Shown in pieces: positions 38,087 through 46,009 of a stretch of 51,665 nucleotides of DNA. The stretch covers positions 1-51,665 of IMG/VR virus record IMGVR_UViG_3300028610_002655; one strand, 5' to 3'. Within the stretch, counting starts at the first letter, position 1. Each line of letters starts with the position of its first letter. The position numbers were made by a program, and so were the translations under genes. The stretch comes from a virus. Taxonomy: Duplodnaviria > Caudoviricetes. The notes beneath the pieces were generated by a model. It ran no database searches and had not been told where the DNA came from. It saw only the letters and a program-made list of their open reading frames with translations.

Positions 38087-38174
38087 GTGAACAGGCATCA
38101 AATGAAAAGTTCAAACCAAACTACTGCTGACAATTCTGAGGGTATTTGGATATTTCCCTATCTAGCCTGTTCAT
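38087..38174 (+). ncRNA. Candidate structured small RNA divergent from the S-layer promoter
   Basis: GTGAACAGGC/GCCTGTTCAT closing stem and inner CCAAA(C)TACT/GGTATTTGG stem; G-U pairs favour +; TTTATAAA at 38063-38070. Confidence 0.45.
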
Positions 38175-38210
38175 CTATTGATTTGAAAAGAACTTTAAAA
38201 ACATATAGTA

Positions 38211-38789
38211 TTATTTTTTTGTTAATGAAGCGATATTTCTAGGATCAAAGAGAACTATACTATCACAATCCCATGTGTTAAAAATAGTGTGCATATGCAG
38301 CTTCCATGAATTCTCATAGTATATTCCATCACAAATATTAAATGCATTGGACCATATCATTTTGGGTGTAACTGGATTACCTTTTTTGAATTGCTCAAAT
38401 TGATAATGTGAAAAATTAACCAAGTCACTAATATTAAACTGGAATCCTGGATTATAATCTCTAATGTCAGGTAGTAAAAATTGTACCAATTCATCAGCAT
38501 CATCAACTGTTGATATTCTGATAAATAACAGATTTGCCTTGAGATACACATTACATATTGTTGAATTTTGTATGTCTCGGAATTCCTCTGATTCACACCA
38601 TCTCTCCCAATCACCATTTACTGATATCCAAAATCCAGGTGGTTTGTAAATTAATGCCTTATCCCCTAGATCGGATAGCATGATATCATTTTTTATCATA
38701 CCCTCATATCCTTTTTGTGTGGTTGTATGGGTTAGAGGTGCTGTGATGTACTGAGAATTAATAAAATTCAATTGACATTCCATTCTCAC
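38211..38789 (-). CDS. Phage hypothetical protein (KPxGxWxS...DGI...WDxxS pattern)
   Basis: YKPPGFWIS, CDGIYY and TWDCDSIVLFDP motifs. Confidence 0.6.
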   Translation of the reverse strand: MRMECQLNFINSQYITAPLTHTTTQKGYEGMIKNDIMLSDLGDKALIYKPPGFWISVNGDWERWCESEEFRDIQNSTICNVYLKANLLFIRISTVDDADELVQFLLPDIRDYNPGFQFNISDLVNFSHYQFEQFKKGNPVTPKMIWSNAFNICDGIYYENSWKLHMHTIFNTWDCDSIVLFDPRNIASLTKK

Positions 38790-39367
38790 CTTAATGTCTC
38801 AACATCTGCTGGTTTGTAAAACTGTAATACAGGACAATACTTTCCTTTTCTTGCTTTAAGATATTCTAGTGCTAGGTTGTGATGTTTTGGTTTTTGATTT
38901 TCCATTAATTTAATTTTGTATTTTCTTGCACGATTTTCAACTAAATAATTTATAATTGCATTACCAAAAATTAAAAAGAATGCCAACCCAAACTGAAAGG
39001 CCATCAGATAATAATTCTCTCGAAACAAATACACTATACCAGCCCCAAACATTGCAGCACTAGCGATTACTCTTACTAGTTTTGAGCTTACTTTAATTGC
39101 AGGCCATTTTATTTTAATTGGCCTTTTATGATATAGGGCATCAAGAAAATTATAAACAGGCACACACACTTTTCTGATTACCACCATAGAGGGATATGCA
39201 TAACAACACAAAACTACACTCCAGAAATATTTACAGAGTGTGATATTTTTTGGTACAATCTTTACGCCAAAATGCTCATAATCTTTTGCATACTTTTGAA
39301 AGTACCATTTACCCATAACATAAAACACTAGTCTATAATGCCAGGATCTTACGCTGATAGGATTCAA
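38786..39367 (-). CDS. Phage membrane protein
   Basis: Hydrophobic helices; LCKYFW and YLKARKGKYCPVLQF motifs. Confidence 0.65.
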   Translation of the reverse strand: MNPISVRSWHYRLVFYVMGKWYFQKYAKDYEHFGVKIVPKNITLCKYFWSVVLCCYAYPSMVVIRKVCVPVYNFLDALYHKRPIKIKWPAIKVSSKLVRVIASAAMFGAGIVYLFRENYYLMAFQFGLAFFLIFGNAIINYLVENRARKYKIKLMENQKPKHHNLALEYLKARKGKYCPVLQFYKPADVETLR

Positions 39368-39405
39368 TGTAATTTTAATAATTTCAGATATAAAATAAAA
39401 TACTT

Positions 39406-39425
39406 TGATCTATTTGGATTGATCA
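39406..39425. promoter_or_regulatory. TGATCW-N8-TGATCA operator
   Basis: TGATCT ATTTGGAT TGATCA; 19/20 inverted match to 41825-41844. Confidence 0.65.
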
Positions 39426-39463
39426 ATTATTCATAAATCATCATACAGTGTAAGGAATTTACA

Positions 39464-39617
39464 GTGATCATACTTGTTTTTTTGGTTTTCATAACTTAGA
39501 TACTTCGTATGGGATTCATGGTTTTCATGCCATTTACAACTCGTATGAGATTTGTGGTTTTCAAACAGATTTCACCTCATATTCTTCTTTTGGTTTTCAT
39601 ATGATGGGTACTTCATT
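39464..39617 (-). ncRNA. TIGR-like guide RNA array: four 36-nt units, each with two 9-nt spacers
   Basis: TGAAAACCA at exact 36-nt spacing (+ strand starts 39483, 39519, 39555, 39591), alternating with a WAYGARKTR repeat; begins right after the Tas stop codon. Confidence 0.85.
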
Positions 39618-40508
39618 TCAATCATCTGTAAATGCCTCAACTGTACTATGTTGTAAGAGTTGTTTAGTATATGGCTCTGTTGTTTCTAATCCTTGTTGCC
39701 TTCGCCAAGTTTGCCATAAATGAACAAGAAATATCTTTACTGTCTTTCGCATGGCAATATTAACAATGTGACTGTCTGTGTGTTTTGGGTTTTTTCTTCT
39801 TTCTTTCTTTTTGATTTTATCATATAGTTTTCTGTACTTACATCTGTTAGGTGAACACATTACAAATGATCTTCCAACTTTCCAAGCAACTTGCCTTAGT
39901 CTAGGATTCCAGTTTATTTGATAACCTGAAATCTTTTTCTGTATGGTATATTCAGTCATACTATTACACACTGGACATTTTAGAAACGGGTGTAACATCT
40001 TGGCTGTTTTTCCTGTGTGATATTCTTTTATGATAAATGTTGGTTTTTTACAATTAGGACAGAAATTATTTCCACCATACCCAGCATATTGGTGTAAACT
40101 GGATGGATGCTGATATTTTTCAATATCATCAATGTATGCTATCAATCCAGCAGAAAGTAGTACGTCAATACCTGTTATTTTTACTAAATATTGGTTATGT
40201 AATGCATAATTTTTTAGTTGATTTCTTAACAATCGTTCAATGTCTTTCTCAAAAGATTGCGCGTTCCCAAAGATTGTAGTAATTCCATAAATAGATAATT
40301 CATCCTCAGTTAGTGAATGTTCACGTTTTGAAGCTCTTATTCTTGCTTGTGTTTGTATTCTTTGTCCTTGAAAATCATAGTAAATATCAACTAGATTCCT
40401 TAACAAGTATGGTGGGATTTCATCAGTGTCTTTAAATGGTATAGGAACTTTCTTTTTGATTTTTGCCTTTCTTTGCTTACTCTTTATCTTTGACAATTCC
40501 CTTCTCAA
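39618..40508 (-). CDS. TasA-like Nop-domain / IS110 C-terminal-like RNA-binding protein, no nuclease domain, zinc-ribbon insertion
   Basis: Coiled coil LRNLVDIYYDFQGQRI; TGIDVLLSAGLIAYIDDIEKY...SLHQYAGY; WNPRLR; AMRKTVKIFLVHLW; no RuvC/DEDD region; adjacent array. Confidence 0.82.
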   Translation of the reverse strand: MRRELSKIKSKQRKAKIKKKVPIPFKDTDEIPPYLLRNLVDIYYDFQGQRIQTQARIRASKREHSLTEDELSIYGITTIFGNAQSFEKDIERLLRNQLKNYALHNQYLVKITGIDVLLSAGLIAYIDDIEKYQHPSSLHQYAGYGGNNFCPNCKKPTFIIKEYHTGKTAKMLHPFLKCPVCNSMTEYTIQKKISGYQINWNPRLRQVAWKVGRSFVMCSPNRCKYRKLYDKIKKKERRKNPKHTDSHIVNIAMRKTVKIFLVHLWQTWRRQQGLETTEPYTKQLLQHSTVEAFTDD

Positions 40509-41340
40509 GGTACAAGCTTACTTTGGGGCCTGCCACATCAATGATGTAATGGTATATTCCGCGCATTGCATGATTGTCTCTCTTCTCTGCTAGCTCACGA
40601 ATTTTTTCTGATTTTACTAGTATATCACCTAGTGCAATCATGCCATCTTCTGCTATGTCATTCTCATAGTATATTCTAAAGAAATTTCTCATTATTGTAT
40701 AATGGTAAAATATCGACTCAGGATTAGTTGCTATCTTGGCTAAGAGTGGAATAAATTTTTTCAGCGCTGTTATATCTTGTGGAATAATTGATTGTAAAAA
40801 GTCATCAATATGCATTGGTCTGAGTGGTCTAATGGATGTAGACTTTGCATAGTGCAGACAATTAATGGCAACTGCATATCTTATCTTACTACCTTTAGTG
40901 TAATGCTCACAGTACTCTCGTAGATCATTAAAAAATTTGATCGAACCACTATCTAGTGCTTTGAGATGATCAGCTAAAGTTAGTGGTTTACCAAGGTTTA
41001 GTCTGCGATAAATCTCTCGGCTATTACCACCAGTGTATACAAATAATATCAGATCATATGTTGTTAATGCCCAAAAATCCCTAGCGTATTTTAGTCCCTC
41101 TATTCTGTGCTGGCCATCAATTACATCATATTTGGATGGACCACTAGAATGGACTAGCCGTAATACATTATCAGTGAATTTATTATCAATTATAGCATGA
41201 GCAATTTTGTGTACCTTTTGCTTTGAGACTCGTCTCTCAAATGAAGCATAAGCAAATGTCTCTTCAATCTTTGATAGATCAAAGTTTTTGAGTGTAACAA
41301 TTTTTGCCTCTGGTGGCATGTAAACCTGTTTGTTACTCAA
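40477..41340 (-). CDS. DGQHR-motif ParB/Srx-like (DndB-related) protein
   Basis: FERRVS...YDVIDGQHRIEGL...IYRRLNLGKPL. Confidence 0.8.
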   Translation of the reverse strand: MSNKQVYMPPEAKIVTLKNFDLSKIEETFAYASFERRVSKQKVHKIAHAIIDNKFTDNVLRLVHSSGPSKYDVIDGQHRIEGLKYARDFWALTTYDLILFVYTGGNSREIYRRLNLGKPLTLADHLKALDSGSIKFFNDLREYCEHYTKGSKIRYAVAINCLHYAKSTSIRPLRPMHIDDFLQSIIPQDITALKKFIPLLAKIATNPESIFYHYTIMRNFFRIYYENDIAEDGMIALGDILVKSEKIRELAEKRDNHAMRGIYHYIIDVAGPKVSLYLEKGIVKDKE

Positions 41341-41815
41341 TGCTCCACCCTTTTGGATATAGATGATTTTCCTTTACTATTTGGTCAGTTTCGACCTTAA
41401 AATTATAGAACCTGATTAGTTGTATTACTTGTAATGGTTTAAAATGCAACAGCACACGTCTTCTTTCATCACATATTCCCATTGCGTAAAGTGGTGTTCC
41501 CAGAATTACTTCAACCTCTTTTACTTTTAGTCGTACCATATACTGCATTTGATGTCTTCCATCTTTGTGGATTTTCAAATGCAAAGCTATTATTCCATTA
41601 TTGACTGACCATTGATTGTTAATGTCAATCTCCATGTTATTCCATTGTCGTAAAAATGGGTGGTGGTTTTTATCATCATCTTCAATACATAATATTTTAC
41701 CAACATACTTTGATTGACAAAGATAAACTCTATGATTATACATTGGCGCATCTCTTGGATTATGAGATATTGTATAACTTCCTTCTCTCACATGTTTATA
41801 AAAAAATAATATCAT
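41333..41815 (-). CDS. Hypothetical protein, first gene of the Tas operon
   Basis: Overlaps the DGQHR gene start by 8 nt. Confidence 0.6.
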   Translation of the reverse strand: MILFFYKHVREGSYTISHNPRDAPMYNHRVYLCQSKYVGKILCIEDDDKNHHPFLRQWNNMEIDINNQWSVNNGIIALHLKIHKDGRHQMQYMVRLKVKEVEVILGTPLYAMGICDERRRVLLHFKPLQVIQLIRFYNFKVETDQIVKENHLYPKGWSIE

Positions 41816-41824
41816 TTAAGATTC

Positions 41825-41844
41825 TGATCAATCCAAATTGATCA
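41825..41844. promoter_or_regulatory. TGATCA-N8-TGATCA operator upstream of the Tas operon
   Basis: TGATCA ATCCAAAT TGATCA. Confidence 0.65.
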
Positions 41845-41863
41845 CATTATAATAAAAAAAGAA

Positions 41864-42040
41864 TTAGAGCCTTTTACGGATCTTCTCTAATTTTGATATG
41901 ATTTGTGTGATGTTTTTCTTTACACCCTTTGCTTCACCACGAATATATGACCTTGCAAGCTGACTCACATCAGCTCCAATTCCAAAGAGTATGTATGCAA
42001 CATCAAGTTTTTCCTTACAGATTTCCCAGTGATTTGCCAT
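41864..42040 (-). CDS. 58-aa helical microprotein
   Basis: MANHWEICKEKLDVAY...; TAATG-coupled; T-run after the stop. Confidence 0.6.
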   Translation of the reverse strand: MANHWEICKEKLDVAYILFGIGADVSQLARSYIRGEAKGVKKNITQIISKLEKIRKRL

Positions 42041-42354
42041 TATGTTACCAGCTGTATGTGTGGGTGTACTTTGAGATATTCACGCTCAGCTCGAGTTAGG
42101 GGTTCAAGACAATAAAGATCAAAATGTTTTCGCATGTTTGATTCTCGTCTTGCCATAGGACTAAAGAATACACCATTTTTTGATTCATTGTAATAGATAC
42201 CTTTGGTTCCATCCATACAATAGATGTATTGTGTTTTGCCTTTTCGCAGTGTTCTGCGTGAAGTTTTGATAGCAACTAGAATCATTGCCTTACCATTTAT
42301 TTTTTTTACAGATGAGAAAAATGTTTCCCTATCTGCTATTTTGGAGTAATACAT
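42040..42354 (-). CDS. Hypothetical basic protein
   Basis: Coupled ORF. Confidence 0.55.
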   Translation of the reverse strand: MYYSKIADRETFFSSVKKINGKAMILVAIKTSRRTLRKGKTQYIYCMDGTKGIYYNESKNGVFFSPMARRESNMRKHFDLYCLEPLTRAEREYLKVHPHIQLVT

Positions 42355-42743
42355 TATTGTGTCTCCTTTCCTGGTGGCAAATCATCTACATCATCTATTG
42401 GTTCTAGTTCTTCCTCAGTAACTTGTTGTGTTTTTCTATCCTTTATTTTTTGAGATATTTTGTGACTTTTTCTTACTGCTGCATCCACTCCCATTACCAA
42501 ACCAATCTGACCAAAGACTGCAGCTAACTGTAATGTTGAATCCATGTCTTCAGGTAGAGCATCAATTACTGGTGCTACTAATCCAACTGATGTTACCATA
42601 CCAATCATGAATGTAGTTAATGCCAAAGTAGGATTAAATTCACTCCAACTTTTGCCTACCATTCCAGTGATTATTCGAAAACTTACTCCAATTACACAGA
42701 TTATCACTGTAATAATTACTGGTTCAAACCCTAGAATTTGCAT
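42354..42743 (-). CDS. Three-TM membrane protein, holin-like
   Basis: Three hydrophobic helices and a charged C-terminal tail; at the end of the late region. Confidence 0.55.
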   Translation of the reverse strand: MQILGFEPVIITVIICVIGVSFRIITGMVGKSWSEFNPTLALTTFMIGMVTSVGLVAPVIDALPEDMDSTLQLAAVFGQIGLVMGVDAAVRKSHKISQKIKDRKTQQVTEEELEPIDDVDDLPPGKETQ

Positions 42744-42891
42744 ATTGCCTCACTTTTACGAGTAATTTCACTCATTACATTTGGTAAAAATTTTGTAGGT
42801 TATGAGAAGTAATTTACTATCACGCCTATTAAAACAAGATGACAATATGAATTTAATATAATTATAAATAGTATGTTAAGAACCAAACATA

Positions 42892-43035
42892 ATGGCAAAA
42901 CGAGTTACAATAATGCTAGATGATGATTTAGACAAAAAGGTAAGAATTCGTCAGGCAAAAATGATTCAGCAGAAACAGGCAACATATAGTTTCTCAAGAT
43001 CCCTAAATGATATATTAAGAAAAGGTTTCAAATAA
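42892..43035 (+). CDS. 47-aa thaumarchaeal-type ribbon-helix-helix protein (not in the ORF track)
   Basis: MAKRVTIMLDDDLDKKVRIRQAKMIQQKQATYSFSRSLNDILRKGFK; TTATAAAT at 42862-42869. Confidence 0.8.
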   Translation: MAKRVTIMLDDDLDKKVRIRQAKMIQQKQATYSFSRSLNDILRKGFK

Positions 43036-43043
43036 CACTAGTA

Positions 43044-43685
43044 TTATTTAGTTGGTTCTTCGCTAGGTTTGTTTAGTTCTTCAAATTCTTTATCTAGGAT
43101 TTCTTGTTCTGCTGCTTTAATTTTATCAATAATTATTTCAGAGAAAAGACCATGAATATAGGATTCAATACATTCTTCTTCTGAGAATTTTAAGATGTCT
43201 TTTTCACTTTTATCTATCTCATTTTCTTTTTGTTTTATTTGATTTGGATCTACCTTTCCATCAGATCTTAGATCAGATAATACTTTTTTGTTATTTTCAA
43301 GAACTGATGCATTAAATTTTCCATTTAAAATAGATGATAGTTTTGCCCACCTACAAATTTTATCCCAAAACGTACCACCTATAATACATTCAAAAGGCTC
43401 TAGATTTCCTGCAATATCTTTTGGTTCCCATTCCAGATTAGATGTAAGTTCTACTGTATCAAAATTAATTTCAGCAAGAGTTGAGGGTACAACTATAGGT
43501 TTGTTATCTTTGATTAATCGAAGATTTACAGTTTTTTTAATAAACACATCACCAATTCCTTCATTGATTTTTTTTGTAGAATTTTGATAGAGATATGCTC
43601 GTTCATCTTCTTTTTTAGGAAAACAAGTTTGAAAATCAGTTATAATATCTGAAGATAATTTGAGAATTATTGTTTTTGCCAACAA
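43044..43685 (-). CDS. Hypothetical protein
   Basis: 213-aa ORF with a helical acidic C-terminus. Confidence 0.6.
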   Translation of the reverse strand: MLAKTIILKLSSDIITDFQTCFPKKEDERAYLYQNSTKKINEGIGDVFIKKTVNLRLIKDNKPIVVPSTLAEINFDTVELTSNLEWEPKDIAGNLEPFECIIGGTFWDKICRWAKLSSILNGKFNASVLENNKKVLSDLRSDGKVDPNQIKQKENEIDKSEKDILKFSEEECIESYIHGLFSEIIIDKIKAAEQEILDKEFEELNKPSEEPTK

Positions 43686-43735
43686 GTGATGGATCGCAAA
43701 TGAGATTAATAAGCGTTGTACAGTTATTTACAAAA

Positions 43736-44326
43736 CTACACACATAGGTCACTTTGAGTATCAGTATTAACACATAGATCTGCAACTATAGTATTTGGTG
43801 TGATGACTGGTTGTGGGAAAATAAAATGTTTGAATATTGTAGTTTTTGTAGCAGCTTGGAAAATTTTATGGATAAATATTGTAGTCTTTGTAGTGATTCC
43901 TTTAATATCATGTTTGAAGATTGTAGTTTTTGCAATGTTTTGAGATATACCATGTTTGAATGCTGTAGTTTTTTCTACACTTAGACGAATAATATGTTTG
44001 AATATTGTAATGTTTGCAACACCAGTAATTATCTCATGCTTGAATATTGTAGTCTTTGATGCTGAGATGCCAATATCATGTTTGAATTTAGTAATCTTTG
44101 CTACAACTAGACCCATACCATGCTTGAATATTGTAGTCTTTGAGACAAAATTAATTATAGTATGCTTGAATATTGTAGTTTTTGAAATTAGTCCACTAAT
44201 AACATGTTTGAAAATAGTAGTTTTTGAAACAGATGATTCAATTTGATGCTTGAATATTGTAGTCTTTGAGACATTATCTATTAGTTCAAGTGCTGTAATA
44301 TCGTGAGTGTGTGCAAAAGATAGCAT
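43736..44326 (-). CDS. Beta-repeat fibre protein with eleven 14-aa xxKTTIFKHxI units (likely start MLSFAH)
   Basis: 42-nt periodic repeat; GGAGGG Shine-Dalgarno-like sequence before ATG 44326. Confidence 0.75.
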   Translation of the reverse strand: MLSFAHTHDITALELIDNVSKTTIFKHQIESSVSKTTIFKHVISGLISKTTIFKHTIINFVSKTTIFKHGMGLVVAKITKFKHDIGISASKTTIFKHEIITGVANITIFKHIIRLSVEKTTAFKHGISQNIAKTTIFKHDIKGITTKTTIFIHKIFQAATKTTIFKHFIFPQPVITPNTIVADLCVNTDTQSDLCV

Positions 44327-44339
44327 GTTGTACCCTCCA

Positions 44340-44663
44340 CTATGATGTGTATAATGCGAAAGTAATTGTCTTGTTAGATCCTGATACTTGCTCACATGTA
44401 ACTCTGTATGATGAAGATGGCATCCAGTTTACTAGGATTTCAGGATTTTCTTGTACTCCTCTAACTATTGTAGTTCTATATTTTTTCTCTACTGCTGCAT
44501 CTTCATCTAAATCATAAACACGAATCATTATTTCATCACCTGCTAACAAGGCATCAAAAAATATTTTAGTTGAATAGTGTTTCAATCCTACTTGGGATGC
44601 AAATAATGGTTGCTCAGTTCCATTCATTAGTAATGAACCACTAATATCAAGTATTAATGCCAT
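44340..44663 (-). CDS. Small jelly-roll-like virion protein
   Basis: Structural cluster; pattern similar to 45268-45627. Confidence 0.55.
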   Translation of the reverse strand: MALILDISGSLLMNGTEQPLFASQVGLKHYSTKIFFDALLAGDEIMIRVYDLDEDAAVEKKYRTTIVRGVQENPEILVNWMPSSSYRVTCEQVSGSNKTITFALYTS

Positions 44664-45271
44664 TACTGTAATACCTCGCGTTCGTGTGTTGTATGAGTAT
44701 CAGGTGTGTTGATTTGTTTGGTTGCAGTAGCTGGAGTTGCAATTATTCCTGCATGTGTATCAGTACCTTTGATGAAAAATAAAGTTACTTCTATTGTACC
44801 ATAAGTGGTGACATCATCTTCATTTACGGTATAGGTAAAAGTTCCAGCAGGTGGTGAAGTATCAAAGAATGTTCTTAACTCTACTGACTGTTGATTAGTT
44901 TGAGATGACTGTAAGTCAAATGTATCAAGTACTGTTGCACCTCTTTTTATAACCCAATCCTTTCTAAAATTTTGATTAGCAATAAATGTTCCACTAGCAA
45001 CTACTATTACCAAAACACTCTTTTCTGTTGGAGTTGTAATATTTGAAAAAGTTGCTACTGCAAAACCTAGACCGTCAGTAGTATGAGCACGACCCTGAGC
45101 TTGAACTTGTGTTGTTCCAGATATTCCTTGTGGAGTTTGTTCTAAATCCTTAGACATTACAAGGGAACCACTTAATCCAGCTACTGCGGATGTATCAATA
45201 ATTCCAATACTGTCTTCTGGATCTCCCAATAATAGTGGTTTAGCATTTGGAAATGGATGTATTCTAGTCAT
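44663..45271 (-). CDS. Putative receptor-binding or fibre-head protein
   Basis: FDTSPPAGTFTYTV beta-sandwich motif. Confidence 0.5.
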   Translation of the reverse strand: MTRIHPFPNAKPLLLGDPEDSIGIIDTSAVAGLSGSLVMSKDLEQTPQGISGTTQVQAQGRAHTTDGLGFAVATFSNITTPTEKSVLVIVVASGTFIANQNFRKDWVIKRGATVLDTFDLQSSQTNQQSVELRTFFDTSPPAGTFTYTVNEDDVTTYGTIEVTLFFIKGTDTHAGIIATPATATKQINTPDTHTTHEREVLQ

Positions 45272-45627
45272 ACTCGAATCTCATCTCTTACACTTCCAGG
45301 GATGTTTTTTGCAGATCCTTCAGCAATACTGCTTTGTAATGTAATTTTCATATCTTGCCCAGAACCATCCAATATTATGACAACACCTTGTGTACCAGTT
45401 TCATAGTCAGTTGGAAATACTTTTTCAGATATTTGGCGATAGTTTGATCCATCTATTTTCTCAAAAACTCGTAGGGTTGTAATTTGTAATAAATTTGAAA
45501 AATCAAAGTGATGGTCTATTAATTCCTCGAGATTTAGATGTTCAACTAGATTAGTTTCTACAGTAGTATTTGGATGAGTAAATAATACAGTTCGTAATAC
45601 TGTTGTGATTTCTCCGGCATCTGGCAC
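45268..45627 (-). CDS. Small jelly-roll-like virion protein
   Basis: LRVFEKIDGSNYR motif. Confidence 0.55.
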   Translation of the reverse strand: MPDAGEITTVLRTVLFTHPNTTVETNLVEHLNLEELIDHHFDFSNLLQITTLRVFEKIDGSNYRQISEKVFPTDYETGTQGVVIILDGSGQDMKITLQSSIAEGSAKNIPGSVRDEIRV

Positions 45628-45631
45628 AAAA

Positions 45632-46009
45632 TCACTGTCCTTCTTGTTGTAGTTTCTCCCAAGTCTGATACGCTTGAGATGATTTTGGAATATCTAATTG
45701 TGCAGTAAATGATTTTTTACACTTTCTACATGTAATATTGTCTTTGTTAGTTATTGAAATACACTGTAATGCTCCACAATCAACTTCTACATTTCCTTTT
45801 CTTTGTGGATTTGTGCATTTTACATAATATAATGGAACACTTGTATTTTGAAGTGAAGCAATCCATTCTTCTCCTTTAGAATCTATTCCAATGTATAATT
45901 TTTCTTCTTCATTCCATATCATTTCAAGATTATTTTTGTTCCAAAATTTTTTAGGTGCCTTGGAATAATCTATCTCAAGTCGTTTTTCTAATTCTTCTCT
46001 TAGTGTCAT
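45632..46009 (-). CDS. Zinc-ribbon-containing protein
   Basis: C...C...C...CRKC. Confidence 0.55.
   Translation of the reverse strand: MTLREELEKRLEIDYSKAPKKFWNKNNLEMIWNEEEKLYIGIDSKGEEWIASLQNTSVPLYYVKCTNPQRKGNVEVDCGALQCISITNKDNITCRKCKKSFTAQLDIPKSSQAYQTWEKLQQEGQ

Noticed and set aside
39464-39617. CRISPR mini-array
   Set aside because: Constant blocks are only 9 nt and alternate between two types with 9-nt spacers; there are no cas genes. A TIGR layout fits better.
39618-40508. Active IS110 transposase / insertion sequence
   Set aside because: No N-terminal DEDD RuvC domain; the gene is embedded in an operon and followed by a guide array.
43736-44280. Non-coding 42-nt repeat array
   Set aside because: The period is a multiple of three and variation is largely synonymous within an open frame, so it is a protein repeat.
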